Origin: Psammoneis japonica
Taxonomy: Eukaryota
Assembly: GCA_008632985.1 (NCBI GenBank)
Contig: QPGO01000168.1
Span: 62,001 to 126,000 of the forward strand
Reading direction: 5' to 3'
DNA length: 64,000 nt
Positions 36,013 through 48,340 of this stretch are shown here, one piece after another. A program made the position numbers and the translations under genes. Numbering within the stretch: the first letter of the stretch is position 1; each line of letters begins with the position of its first letter. The notes beneath the pieces are model-generated. The model ran no database searches and was not told where the DNA came from. It saw nothing but the letters and a program-made list of their open reading frames with translations.

Positions 36013-36288
36013 TGACAGGATTTGAACAGGATTTGGGTGCGCATGAAATGTCGCGCGCTGTTCAGTTTGCCGCGCACAGTTTTGTGTGCTTTAGTTCCGC
36101 GCGTTCTCGCACGATGCAGTTTGCTTTCGAGCCACAAGGCTCACAAGAACAACAACAGCAGCCCGATCACACCGACTTGCACGTCTTTCGGCTCCTGCAA
36201 CGGTCTCTGAGTGGAGACTCATCTGCTGTTTAGACAGCAGTGAGGAGTCATTGTTTGAATTCTTGCCATTTGCCTTCAATTTCTGTCA
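36013..36288 (+). repeat. 3' LTR
   Basis: Matches the 5' LTR and is followed by TSD CAGTC. Confidence 0.97.
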
Positions 36289-36642
36289 CAGTCTCTCAGC
36301 AGTGTTTTCCTTCTTCCTTTTTGTTGGCATGGTGGATCTTTTGCACTGGCAGATTTGACCCTGTCAACATGGTTTGAGAGCAATGTTGCTGGAATGCATT
36401 TCATCTTTTGATTGCAGGGAGTCACCTCAGATCTGTTGAAAGTCAAAGCTGTCCCATCGCGCTTGTGTGTGTGGACACAGTGCATCTGATTCCCACCGAT
36501 GACTCTGGCAAAATGGACATGTTTGTGCACTGCAACACATGTCCATTGAAGACATCACAATTGCCCTTTCCTTGTGTGACAACATTCAGCAAGACATGTT
36601 GCATGTTGAGATTGCGGTCACATCACAACTCAACGGACAACC

Positions 36643-37860
36643 AACTTTCAACAAAAAGTTGTTGAAATTTAGATCTTTCAACAAAAAAGTTGTTGAAAGT
36701 GCAGATCTTTCAACAAAAATCTGTTGAAAGTTAGATCTTTCAACAAAAATCTGTTGAAAGTTGTGCTTTCAACAAAAACCACATCAAAGACATGTGTCAG
36801 GGTCACTGACAACATTGTTTTTAGGGTTGCACTGCAGTTGGGCAACACACAAGTCAAAGATTGTGACAAGAACAGCGCGGGCAATGCACACCTTGCCAAA
36901 GCCTAAAAGAGAGGCTTGAAGTTGGCTTGGCAGTTCAGCGCTGGTTCAGTGGTTTTAGCAGAAGCAGCTCAACAATTTGTGGTGGCAGTTTCAAAATTTG
37001 TGGCAGTGGCTTCAGTGTGCAAAGCACAGTGATTTCAGAATTTGCGGCTTTGCAATTGTCAATTTCTTGAAATCTGCCAGCAGTGGAGCACCTTCCATGG
37101 TTCCAAGTGAGCCACCTTCCAATGCACTTCGCACCAAGCAAAGCTCCCACCTGGCAGCAATCCACCTCCCATCTCACCCAGTGCATCATCAGGTGCTGTC
37201 TGCAGCTCTAAGTGAGAATCATCCCAGTGCCAAAACACCGGCTGCTCCATCCTCATGCTGCATCTTGTGTGGTTTCATCCTCAGACAAAGCACCAAGTCA
37301 CAAGCAACTCCATCAGTCACACCAAGCTGCGGACATGGCTCAACTTGTCACGTCCCATTGAAGTCAACAAAGGACTTAGAAGTGAGGATGTTGGTGACAG
37401 CACCACTGAGAATCAAGTGGCGCTGACCTGCATGCTTCGTGCGCGCCATTTAAAAAAATTGAAATTGCTTTGAGGTTTCAAACAAAACAGAAATCCACAA
37501 TTCTCAATGACACACAATGGGGCCATTGCTCCCAACAATGAAAAAAGAAACGGGGAAAATGGCGCAAGCATCGTTGAGATGCCGCGCCGCAAAGTGGGCA
37601 CAGTCTGCTCACTTCATTGTGCTCGCTGCAGTTTGCTGAGGAGCAAAGTGGGAATTTCTGCAGCACATGCTGCATCCAACAATGAGTGTTGGTCATGCAC
37701 ACTTGTCTTGGATGACGTCACTTGTTCAATCAGATTTTTGTGCCGACGAGTTTTCTGTTGAAGTTGTTGAAAGTCGCGTTTTTCAACAAAAAGTTGTTGT
37801 TGAAAGTTGCGTCTTTCAACAAAAAGTCGTTGAAAGTCATTTGTTGAAAGTTGTTTGGCA
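36643..37860. repeat. Clusters of short palindromic units (ctttcaacaaaaa...tgttgaaag) at 36643-36780 and 37755-37860, likely subterminal repeats of a non-autonomous DNA transposon
   Basis: Repeated TTTCAAC / GTTGAAA inverted pairs at both ends of a ~1.2-kb segment. Confidence 0.55.
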
Positions 37861-38575
37861 GAAAATGCTGCAATGACTTTCTTGTTGTCAAAAGCCACAA
37901 AGCTGAACAAATGAGCTCATTCGTTTCCAGAGTGCAGCTGTGCACTGCTCACACATGTGGTGTGATGGGCAGCGGGCCAAATTTTGCACAGTCCAAGTCG
38001 CCAGCAGTGTCACAATGCGGACATTTGCAAAATTTTATAAAGCTGCACACAAGAATGAATCATTTCAATTTGAGTCGTAGTTTCAACAACGACTCCCAGT
38101 GGTCAAGCAGCGCGGTTTCTTGGTTTTGAGCCTTGCGCATGAGGTCGCGTTGTACCGGCAGGCAGATGCGCGAGCATGTGCGCAATCCCAACAAAACAGT
38201 CATGGGTCTCGAAGTCATTCTCGGGAGTCACAAAATGACTGTTGTTTCTTTGTATTAAATGTTGAAAAGCAATACATCATATTTTAAAGCTGGATAAAAT
38301 GACTCTTTGTTATAGCCTTTACGAGTCACCAATTAGGAATCACGATCAATTGTGTAGAAGATAGTACTGTGGAGTCCCCCTTTTTTCATTTACGCCCCTC
38401 ATCATCCATGACACTCGCAAAACCAAAAACAATCGTGTGATTGAGGTGTGAGACAACAAAACAAGAAGCCCCTGAGAATATCAGAAAAAGCATTGTCGTT
38501 ATTGTTGTTGTGTGCTTTTGATTGTATTGCATTGAATTGTGATTCAGCAAACCAATAATAGAATAAAGCAAGAAG

Positions 38576-41248
38576 ATGACACAAGAAGAAGAAATAAATG
38601 GCGGTAGCGGCCACAATTCCGGTATGTTGTGGAAACAATATTTACGTAAAATTCTACGTAAATCCGGTACTGAAAAAACAGACACGAGCACGTATTGTGA
38701 GGAGTCTCTCACCCTCATTGTTGTTCCAACCTCTTTCTCTCTATACTTAGCCTCTCGCCGCACCAGGAAAAAGAAAAGTTCTTCAAGAAGCGAGTCTTCT
38801 TCCAATAGTCGTCGCAGTCGCCGCAGCACTTCTCCGGGAATTTCTTCTCCCTCCAATTCGTCGTCTCGAAGAAACAAATCTGCCGCTCTGGCATCGATTG
38901 AACAAGAGTTTCTCGCACAAAAGTCTTTTGCTACTTCAAGACGTCAACATAAACCGACCAATGAAGATGCCATGTTGGCCAGTATGGAAGATGATGCCGC
39001 CAAGAAGCGTGCTGCTGCTGGTAGCCAAGGTCCTGCACGTACGCCGGGTGCCGTGTCCTCGGCTACTGCATCCGTTGCTACAACTGCTTCCACTGCAACG
39101 TCCCATTCCGATTCGGATGCTGCCATGCTCATTAGCATGATGGATGATGATGCTGCCAAGAAACGAGCCGCTGCTGGTAGCCATGGACCGGCTACAACGC
39201 CCGGTGTTGTGGTTTCTTCGAATGAAAATTCCAACCTCTTGGCGGCGGTCGAAGAGGAGAATTTTGACAAGAAACGTCGCAATGGCGGACCGGCAATGAC
39301 GCCCGGAGCTGACCGTGAAGTGGAACCTCAAGATGATGATTACAATGACAACGATTACTACAGCAAATCGGAAAAGCAAGAAAAGTATCAAGAAAATGAT
39401 GAACCTCAAGTGGTATCGGCAGAACCGGGCTTGGTGGGAGCCCCCGACTATCAAGCGGGTACACAAGACGAACGCTTGGCCGTTGCCATTGCCGTGGAAG
39501 ACGATGAGGAGGATGTCTTTTTGCCAGCCGCTATTGAATACGATCCCGATGCCAAACCTCCTCTCTACAAGAACCGACGATTTCGTTTATATGGGTGTTT
39601 GGGGGCATTGCTGTTGTTGGGCATTGTCGTGGGTGCCATTGTCGGTGTTGTGGTAAGCAGCGATGCGGGTCCCCGGACACTGGCACCCACGGGCAGTCCG
39701 ACGCTCATGCCCACCTCGACGGAACGTGGTGAAATTGTGGATCGCTTTGTGGCGCTTGTGGGTGAGGCGGTGGAAGTGCCCGGCACACCCGAATACAAGG
39801 CGGCCAATTGGATTTTAAATCAAGATCCCATGGGACTCAATGAGAATTCAGAAAATTTGACACAACGGTTCTTGTTGGCGCTCTTTTATTTCTTTACGAC
39901 CCAGCAGAGCGATTGGCGCACGTGCGGTATGCCTGCCGACGACGAAGATGAGAATTGCGTCTTTGATGTATTGGGGTTTGCCTTTGATCCAGATGATGGA
40001 TCGGATTTGGAGTTTTATACCGGTGTGCCCGCCATTCGATGGTTGTCGGCCAAGTCTGAATGTGAATGGATTGGGGCCATTTGTGATTCTGTCAGCACTA
40101 TTCGGGCGATTGATATGTGTGAGTAGGGTGTTGTTGCAGTTGTTTGTGTTGTTTAATCATTCAATGACTCATTCTTACCATTCTCTCAACTATTCACAGG
40201 GGGCAACAATGTCACGGGCCCGCTTCCATCCATGCTTTCTAAATTTCCATTTCTCCAATCCATATCCATGGCACACAATCAGTTTACCGGGACCATTCCA
40301 GAAGAGTACGCCAATATGCGGCACCTTGCCAACTTTGAGCTACACTTTAATGCCTTGACGGGAACGATTTCTCCCAGTTTCTTAAAGGCAAACGCTCTCC
40401 AGAATTTCAACGTGGGCGCCAATGATTTGGATGGAGCACTCGTGGGAGTGGATGGAATCAAGATTGACAATTTGGATGAATTGAAGGGATTTCACATTTT
40501 CGACAATGACATTACGGGAATCTTTCCGACTGAGATTGCCAATCTCAATTTTCTATCCTTTATGCGCATTAGTGATAATCAATTTGACGAGCAGCCCATT
40601 CCAACGGAAATGGGTAAGCTCTCGTCTCTCCAAGAAATGTGGATGGATGGAAACAAATTCATCGGCACGATTCCAACTGAATTGAGTTCCATGGAGAAAT
40701 TGAGTGAGTAGCATAGTGCTATGCTGTGTGTATTGGACTGATTGTGGTTGTAATCAGCGGATAGGTATCTAACTCAAAATTCGATTCTCTCTCTTTTCAT
40801 TTTTACAGCCGATTTGCGTGTCAACAACAATCGCCTCACGGGTCCAATTCCAGAATCGCTCTATCAGTTGACGGATTTGGTCTTGTTGTTTTTGGAAAAG
40901 AACCAACTCACGGGACCTCTCAGTCCGTCGGTGGCCAAGCTGAATGATTTGGAACAAATTCGTCTACGCGAAAACAAATTGTCCGGTCCCATCCCGTCCG
41001 AATTGGGACGCTTGTACAAATTGGAATTGGCCTTTTTGCATCGCAATTCCTTTACGGGTGCAGTGCCACAAGAGGTGTGTGGAATTGTCGCGTGTGGACG
41101 ACACTCGTTGGAGTATCTGAATGCCGATTGTGGAGGACCCACGCCACCCAATCCATGCACGTGTTGCACCTCGTGTTGTGATCCCTTTGGGATTCCGCCC
41201 GGGATTTGTCTTCGAACCAACTTTTTGGATTGTGGGCGTGATAAGTAA
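38576..41248 (+). CDS. Single-pass membrane leucine-rich-repeat protein (4 exons)
   Basis: Introns 38622-38750, 40119-40199 and 40704-40808 are all GT-AG and restore the frame. Low-complexity N-terminus, TM helix (LGALLLLGIVVGAIVGVVV), plant-type LRRs (NxLTGxIP) and C-terminal CTCCTSCC. Confidence 0.9.
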
Positions 41249-41553
41249 AAAATGAATAATTGGGAATGAGTAATGAACGAATCGATGCGATGCCTGTATG
41301 CATGCGTTATTTTAATAAATTTAGGAACAAGACTTTATATATCTGTTGTGTTTCTAGTAGTCAAGATTCTGTTGCGGCGTGTATTACTCGCTATCGTCAA
41401 GTCCATGAATCTCGTCAGAACAATGGACTTGATTAGATAAGGCACCCAACATGCGAATGTCAGCCGAGGATACCGAGGATAGAGTATGAGAACAAATGGA
41501 AAGGTGGTCGTCGTCGTCATCGCATGTTCTGCTGCATGCTTGGTCGCTCGGGC

Positions 41554-42892
41554 CTAGCAAACCAAACGCGACGAAGGCCACTCTTCTTTCGAAACGACGA
41601 CGACGACGATGATGACGACTTTTTGAGAATCTTCTTCAAAGGCTTGATAGAACTGCTGGGGACGATTGTTCCTGCTCTGGGAAAACCAAGCATGATTTAA
41701 AGCTTCTGTTGCGCTTAGTCGTTTGCATGGATCGACCTGCAGCAATTGCGAGATGAAATTCTTGGCCGTCTTGGACACGCATGACCACCCCACCGAATCG
41801 AAACGATAGTCGCCCTTTTGAATCTTTTTTAGCAAGCCCCGCTTGGTCTTGTCATAAAAAGGCAGATACCCCACCATGCAAGCATAAAGCACAACACCGG
41901 CACTCCAAACGTCCGCCTAAATCGTACGGTTCACCACGAATCAATTCAGGAGCCACGTAGGACGGTGTCCCACATTGTTCCATCAACTTGGAGCTGCCCT
42001 TGTCAAGTCGTTCCGCCGAGCCAAAGTCACAAAGTATCAAATCCTTCTTGCTGCTACCACTCATTAATATGTTGCTCAGTTTGACATCCCGGTGGCAAAC
42101 ACCCGCCTTGTGAATCGAGTTGAGACTTGTCAACAGAGACCGTGCCATTTCTCGTACTTGATCTTCATCAAACGGCCCACTTGCATGAGACGCACTTGTA
42201 AATTACCACCCTCATAGTAGTCCATGACGAGATAAAAGTGGGTAGCTTCATCAAAGAATTCGTGCAGTCGACAACTGCCATCAGAAGCAGCGAGATGCGA
42301 CAGGATGGCAACCTCCTTGTACACGTCCAGGTCTTCTTGGTGGGTCAATTGGCGGCGATTGATAATTTTGGTGGCATGGCGCTTTCCCGATGGACGATGA
42401 ATCGTGTCCCAAACAGTGGAATACGAACCGCATGCAATCTGAAAAACATACAGCAAAAGGCAAAGTCGCGACAAGCAGTTTAGTTTCAAAAACACACATG
42501 CGATACTGTGAAGCTTCAGTGTAAAACACCGTACACGTTCAAAACTTGCTTACCTGCCGTGTTCGTATATAGACCTGATCAAAGCATTGTGTCTTTTCGG
42601 CTAGGGACTCTCCCTCTAAAATCATTTTATCGTCAAGACTGTAGGAATCAGAAGCAACGCGTTCCAGTGACAACTGCTCCGCTGTTCTCTCGTCTTGTTT
42701 TTCGCTTCGTCGTTTGGAAAACTTTCGTTTTGACTTTTTTTCATACGACAAATTGCGAGTCGTTGCGTCCGAATCCAACATGAGGAGGCAATCGTTAAAA
42801 TGGCAAAGCTCCAAGACATTCAAGTCACAGCATGAGTATTCAGCATCGGTCAAATCGTGAACGACGGGATACAGCGAGTTGTATTCCACCAT
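41554..42892 (-). CDS. CAMK-group Ser/Thr protein kinase with two apparent frameshifts (pseudogene or assembly indels)
   Basis: GSYSTV, ATKII, HRDVKLSNIL, CDFG, CGTPSYVAPE, GYLPF. Intron 42553-42439. Frame breaks near 42170 and 41918. Confidence 0.8.
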
Positions 42893-43569
42893 GGTTGCTT
42901 TTGTGGTGCGTGTGATTATGTAAACAGTGTTCTAGTTCAAAGCAAATGCTCTTTCTGTTTGAATCAAAAACAAGAGCCTTGAATTGCTTTGCGCCTTTGC
43001 TTCAAAATTGTGTTGTTGTCAAGAGGAAGGTTCTATTTTCTATTGACGATAGGATGGGACACGCTCGTGGCTTCTCTTTCCCGAGTTTGAATCGATTTGT
43101 ATCGGTGAGTATGAAGTAGAAGCACGCACTCAGTAGTAATAGAGGCAGAGATCCTGACGGATATCAATCGATTGCATGAGTGAGTAGAAGGGACTGAATT
43201 TTGTGGATGCGTTCCGGACACGGAACATGTACCAGATCCGACGTAGAATTTGGAAGAAGGTCACGACTCAGCTTCTGAATTGATTCGTGGATCGTCCGTT
43301 GGAAGTATTTGATTAAAATGAACTTATTAATGTTTGAATAAGTGTGAGACAAAATATTTCTATCGAGTATGAATAATTATCAATGAAACCGAAAGTGATC
43401 CCGCCAAATCTGATGGCGAATGACAGATTTTTCGTTTTTATTTACGGTCACATACTTCGCAGTTTTCGACGGGACTTGGCAAGTCGTGTTGTCTTCTCTT
43501 TGGCAAATGGGGCTGCTCACACCTCCTACCTCTTCTTCCTGCTCCTCGTCTTCATGGGTTTGTTGCACG

Positions 43570-43875
43570 CTGCAACCTGGACAAGAGATGTCAGCAGCTC
43601 TGACAAATTGAGCAAAGTGAGCAGCAGCAACTCAGAAATTCATGACAAATGATGTTGGAGGACATTGGTGTGACGACAATCAGCAGCACTTCCAGCCACA
43701 AAGTTGTGAGGTTGTTCCATGCCACCCTCTGTTTCAGCGATGCTGGTCATGGTGAAATGGGTGCTGTCACAGCAGCAACCAATGATTCACTCACATTTGC
43801 TCGCACCCACCCCTCGCCCTTTCGAGCAAATCTGCAGCGCTCAGCGTCAGAGTCTGCGAGATGAACAAGTTGCGT
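43570..43875 (+). repeat. Dispersed repeat, diverged copy at ~51262-51572
   Basis: Shared gacaagagatgtcagcagctctgacaaattg...gccaccctctgtttc...gcagcaaccaatgattc. Confidence 0.8.
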
Positions 43876-43899
43876 GTGTGCTTCCATTTGAGAAATTCA

Positions 43900-45600
43900 G
43901 CAGCTGGTGCCACATGCACCCCAGCACTTCACCCCATTTTTGTGGGTGACCACATGTCAGCCAGCCAGATGCACTGACCCTCTGCTGTTTGAGTTGGCGC
44001 CATTGGCTCTTTGCAGCACCTGGTGTTAAAAAAGAGCATCGTGCGCCATCTTGCACCAGCAGAGTGCAGCACACAAGTGTGATGGCAAGATGCTCCTTTC
44101 CAACAACAAGACATCAATGTGAGTGGACTTTTGTTGAAGATGTTCTGCATGTTGTTTGATGGTGTCTTCGGCTTGTTCCCTTCTGCGCGCAGAAACTTGC
44201 GCACTTTCTGTGCACCATCATGCAATGGACAACAACCTGGGATTTCCAAAACTTCCAAACTGCACTCAGAAAGCAAGCTGGGCATCAGTTGAAAGCCACA
44301 CTAGCTGTGCACCAGCAACTGGGCCATGTTGTCCCTTGACATGCTGCAGCTCATGACGGCACTCCTCTCTGCATGTTGAGCTCCAGCGCATCACACATTT
44401 TTCATTGAGTGCCTTGAAAGTGAGGCATTTGTTGTCAGCATGTGTGAGTGTGCATTGGCAAAATTCTTTCTGTGTCTCCACAATGACAAGCAATTCTCTC
44501 TCAGCGGTTGTTGTGTGTGGTTTGGTTGTGCACTGTTGAGCTTTCTGCTGTCGAGCATGGTCGGTTTTTTGTTTTGTCACATCGCTGCTTCAAGTTGACA
44601 TTTAGAGGCACCCCAGCATGCATCTCAAACAGATTGTTGAAGCATGGATGTGCCCCAATGAGATGTCTTCAGACAGCACTCATTTGAAATTCTCAAATGC
44701 TTTGTCTTTGGTGGACATCCACTTCCAGCCAACAGTCTTGCAATGGGTGCCACAACTTCAGAACGTCCAAGCCATGTGTCACAGAAGTGGTTTGCCACAC
44801 CCACAATGCAATGTGCTCAATGGCTTCAACTTTGGCAGGTGTCAGCTGTGTGTCTTCTCAGCCAACAAAACAGCCTCCCAAGTGCTTTGCTTGGGTCTGA
44901 CAGTGGAGCATGCACAACTTCTGGATCTTCTTCTGATTTGTGATCAGCAACCAAGAATTGTCTGTTTTGTGGCCTCACTGCATGCAACCTTGGCACTTTG
45001 GTCTGGGACACCTTCTGCATCCTCAACCTGCTCAACTTGCTCACAAAATGCAACAAATTTTGCCACAGCGGGTCAAAAAGCCCTGTGCAGCATCATGTGC
45101 TTCTGCCGCTCTTTTGGCACACTGTGCTCAAACAAGTTGAGCAGCTTGTTGTTGGGTGACAACTCTGGCACATCTCTGCCATCTGCCACAAGTGGAAACC
45201 AAGAGATGTGGCCATTGATTTCAACTGTGCAGCCCCGCCCTCACACAGTGCCCAAGGGTCTTGATGCCAGCTGGCTTGCACATGAAAGATCTCAGATGAC
45301 ACTTCTGCAGAAGCACCGCCCCACACTCCTTGAGGAAGGTGATGTTGGTTTTGGCATTTTGACTGTTGGCAGCATTCTTGAATGTTGCCAGGGGCATTGC
45401 CCTTGAAAAGCCTGTGTGCAAGTGGAAACTTTGCCAGCCCTGCAGCGACACTTTGTCCCTCCTGGAGCACTTGCTCAGCATTTTTCTCTGAAAAATCTGC
45501 CACTCTTTGCATGTTCCCTCAGAAAAGAGCAGCAAACTCAGCTTGTGCGCGCAACTGTCTGGATCCACAAGATCATCACGCAGCTTGTGCATCCAGCACT
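43900..45600 (-). mobile_element. Ty3/gypsy LTR retrotransposon relic (gag and RNase H fragments)
   Basis: HTTTAERELLVIVETQKEF...HADNKCL...VMRW...ELQHVKG matches gypsy RNase H (YTTTERELL...YTDHKNL...RW...YIKG). Gag-like KLRDDLVDPDS...LFSEGTCKEW. Confidence 0.7.
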
Positions 45601-46899
45601 TGCCCTTCTGAAGCTTCTTTTTTTTTTTCAGAGCACGCGAACGGAGTCAGTGTGGTTGAGCCTGCTTCTTCATGGTTGGCTCCACAGTTGTTGACACTGC
45701 CAGCATGTCACAGCATTGATTCTCACAGATTTGCAACATTGCACAACACACAAAGCAATGTTGCTGTGCCCCACATGCCCAACAGGCAACAGGCAATGAA
45801 AGTGCAGATCTGTCGCCACAGCAGTTGTTGTGAAAATCATGAGCTGGTGTTTGCCATGGAAAAAGTGGCTTGTTTGGATTTTGCATCACATCAAAACTGC
45901 TGCTGTTGGACAATGCAAATCAGGCCACCATGCATTTTCCACAAGTGATGTCATTGTGACAGGCTGTGCTGCTGCTGGGGGGCAGACAACACACCATGCA
46001 TGGATGCTGCAGGTGGTTCTCTGAAATTGCCTGAGTTGAAGAGCCACACCATTTCTTGGATCATGCTTCCCAGGTGCACCTGAGCAGCACTGTGCTGCTG
46101 CACTCCAGAGGCCAATGCACAGTTTTGCTGTGCTGGCCAGCAGATGTGCGCTGCAGTTGATTTTTGTCTCTGGGCAGGTTTGTTGGTTTTTGTGGCACAG
46201 CTGCAAACTTTGTTGTGCCAAAAATGACCTTGCAAAAAGTCAATCATGCAACCTTTTGTCATTGTCATCTTTGAATGCTGCTGGCAATGTGAAAATTAAA
46301 CAGCATTGCTGTGTCAAAGTTGAGTTGGTTGAAGCACATTTTATTTTTGCAGCCTGGAAGAGGGGGCACAGGAAACCATCACAAAAAAAACATCACAAGC
46401 TCTCAGTCCACCACATCATCTTCTGCAGACCCAGTGCACAAATGACATTTTGAAAAAAGCAAATCGCAAATGACAACTCATCACACTTGCAACTGCAGCA
46501 ATGTTGATGCATCTCAAAGACAAAACATTGAGTCCCACCAGTCTGCAGCAAGAATTTCTGTGAGCACAGCAGACAGAGACAGACAGTTTTGATGACACAA
46601 AAAATCATCAGTCCATTCACAAAAAAATGTTGAGATGGTCAACAAAATGACACAGTGTGTCTTGAGTGAGGTGGTCTGCTTTCTCAAAAGAGATTGACTG
46701 GGGTGCATTTTTTGAGCCAAAACATCTTCCATTCTTCACATCCAAGATCATGCTGCACTGCACGCACAATTTTGTGCAGAGTGAAACAAATTTTGTCAAT
46801 TCAGACAAAGGACCACACTGGCGCCACAACAATCAACATGAAGCAATGCTTTGCACAGACCAAACAAAACAACTGTGCACATCATTGACACCAAATTGA

Positions 46900-48340
46900 A
46901 AAAGCAACAAGCCAATGGCAATCCATCTCAGGTTGGCATGCTGGGTGCCAGAGAAATGGCACTTGGCTTGGTGATCCAAATGAAGCATGTGTCCGGAATG
47001 CTTTTGGTGGCCATTTGCAGCCACAGACAGAGTGAAGTGGAAGGTTGTTGCAAAACAGCAGGTCATCAAAGCAAGACAATTCTCATTGCTGAGACTGGTG
47101 TGCAAGTTTGTGGGGCAATTGCAAATGGCACATTGCCACATCTGCTGATTGTCTCTGGACCAGCTCCAAAATTGACATGGTGTTGGATGCAATGAGCTTT
47201 ATCCGTGCATCTTTTGAATGAACTCTTTCTGCCTTAAAGACCAGCAAGAAGGTTGTTTCCTTTGGCACTGAGTTGGGCGCTGCCACGGGGCCATTTTTGC
47301 AGAAAACAGCTTGCAAGTGCAACACCAGGCACACGCTGGGAGATGGAGATCAGCCGGGAGTTGCTTTGAACTTGCATCACCAAGTCAAGGCAATGGGGTT
47401 CACACCTTTGATGGTCTGTGGAAATGTTGAAAGAGGTTTCTTGAACAAGGATTGCAGCTCCAAAGAACAACAGCCACCATGGAGATGGTTGCGTCTTTTA
47501 CAGGTGGAACAAAAGCGGTGCTGGAGCAAGCCTCTGCTGTGAACGCAGTGGGGACGGAAGTTGCAAAACAAGGAATGATCTCTCTTGAGTGCAATGTCTC
47601 TTGAGTGCAAAGGACACACTGATGATTTGAAAGACTGCTGTGTTTTTGAAGAACTTGAGAAGCACGGTGGTGTCATTGAGAAGGTTGTCAGAACAAAGCC
47701 CGGTCCGGGGTGTTCATCTTTGCAGCCACAGATGACGTGGTCTCTGAGGATTCCTTTCACATGCAAGGGTGGAAGATGGGCCCATTTGCCCTTCTGTGTT
47801 CCACACCACTTGCTGTTTTTAGAGCTGCCATTTTCGATTGCATGCTTGGCAGAGTGTGATGATGGAGCCAAGGTTGAAGTCATTGCCATTGCTGAGAGAG
47901 ACCTCAAAGCAGGAGAGACATTGGATGGCATTGGTGGATTCACTCATTGTGGATTTTTGAAAACACTCCCGTTGTCCGTGAAGAAAAGCTGCTTCCATCT
48001 GGCCTTGCCGATGGCAAGGTTCTTCTATGAGACATCCCAAAGGATTCTCCAAAATCCGTTGGGTGGACTTTTTGCCCAAGACAGTCATCCCATTGATGCT
48101 GCCTGCCACATGACATGGTCAAGGAAGCCATGGCAAAGGAAGAGAGCACCGAAGCAGCAGTGCACAAGGAAGAGAAACAGAATGAACGAGTGGACGGAAA
48201 GCTCACCGATTTGAATGTGAACATTGACATCTCGTCTTGTTCTCCCATTTGTCCAGTTTTGAAGCCAACAAATCAAATTAATCGCATCGCCCAACACGGA
48301 AAAGCTGCATTTAAGACAAGTGTCGAGAAACAATTTTGAC
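46900..48340 (+). pseudogene. Relic of NAD(P)-dependent oxidoreductase with C-terminal SAF domain (homoserine-dehydrogenase-like)
   Basis: QVGMLGA.EMALG (Rossmann-like), HTLGDGDQPGV, PFCVPHHL and VEVIAIAERDLKAGETLDGIGGFTHCG, across several frames. Confidence 0.7.

Larger units (their letters stand above)
29798..36288 (+). mobile_element. Ty1/copia (CoDi-like) LTR retrotransposon, both LTRs present, internally deleted and hypermutated
   Basis: 276-bp LTRs with TGACAG...CTGTCA ends. 5-bp TSD CAGTC at 29793-29797 and 36289-36293. Purine run ggggag precedes the 3' LTR. Domain order is gag-protease-integrase-RT-RNaseH. Confidence 0.97.
25400..38020. other. TpA-depleted repeat/relic domain 4 (hosts the complete copia element)
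   Basis: Near absence of TA over more than 12 kb. Confidence 0.85.

Noticed and set aside
29798..36288. Classical fungal RIP or simple CpG decay as the cause
   Set aside because: RIP turns CpA into TpA and raises TA and stop codons, and CpG decay cannot change Tyr to Cys/His. Here TA is lost while CG persists.
36643..36780. CRISPR-like array (GTTGAAAG-containing palindromic repeats)
   Set aside because: No unique regularly sized spacers, no cas genes, and a eukaryotic repeat context.
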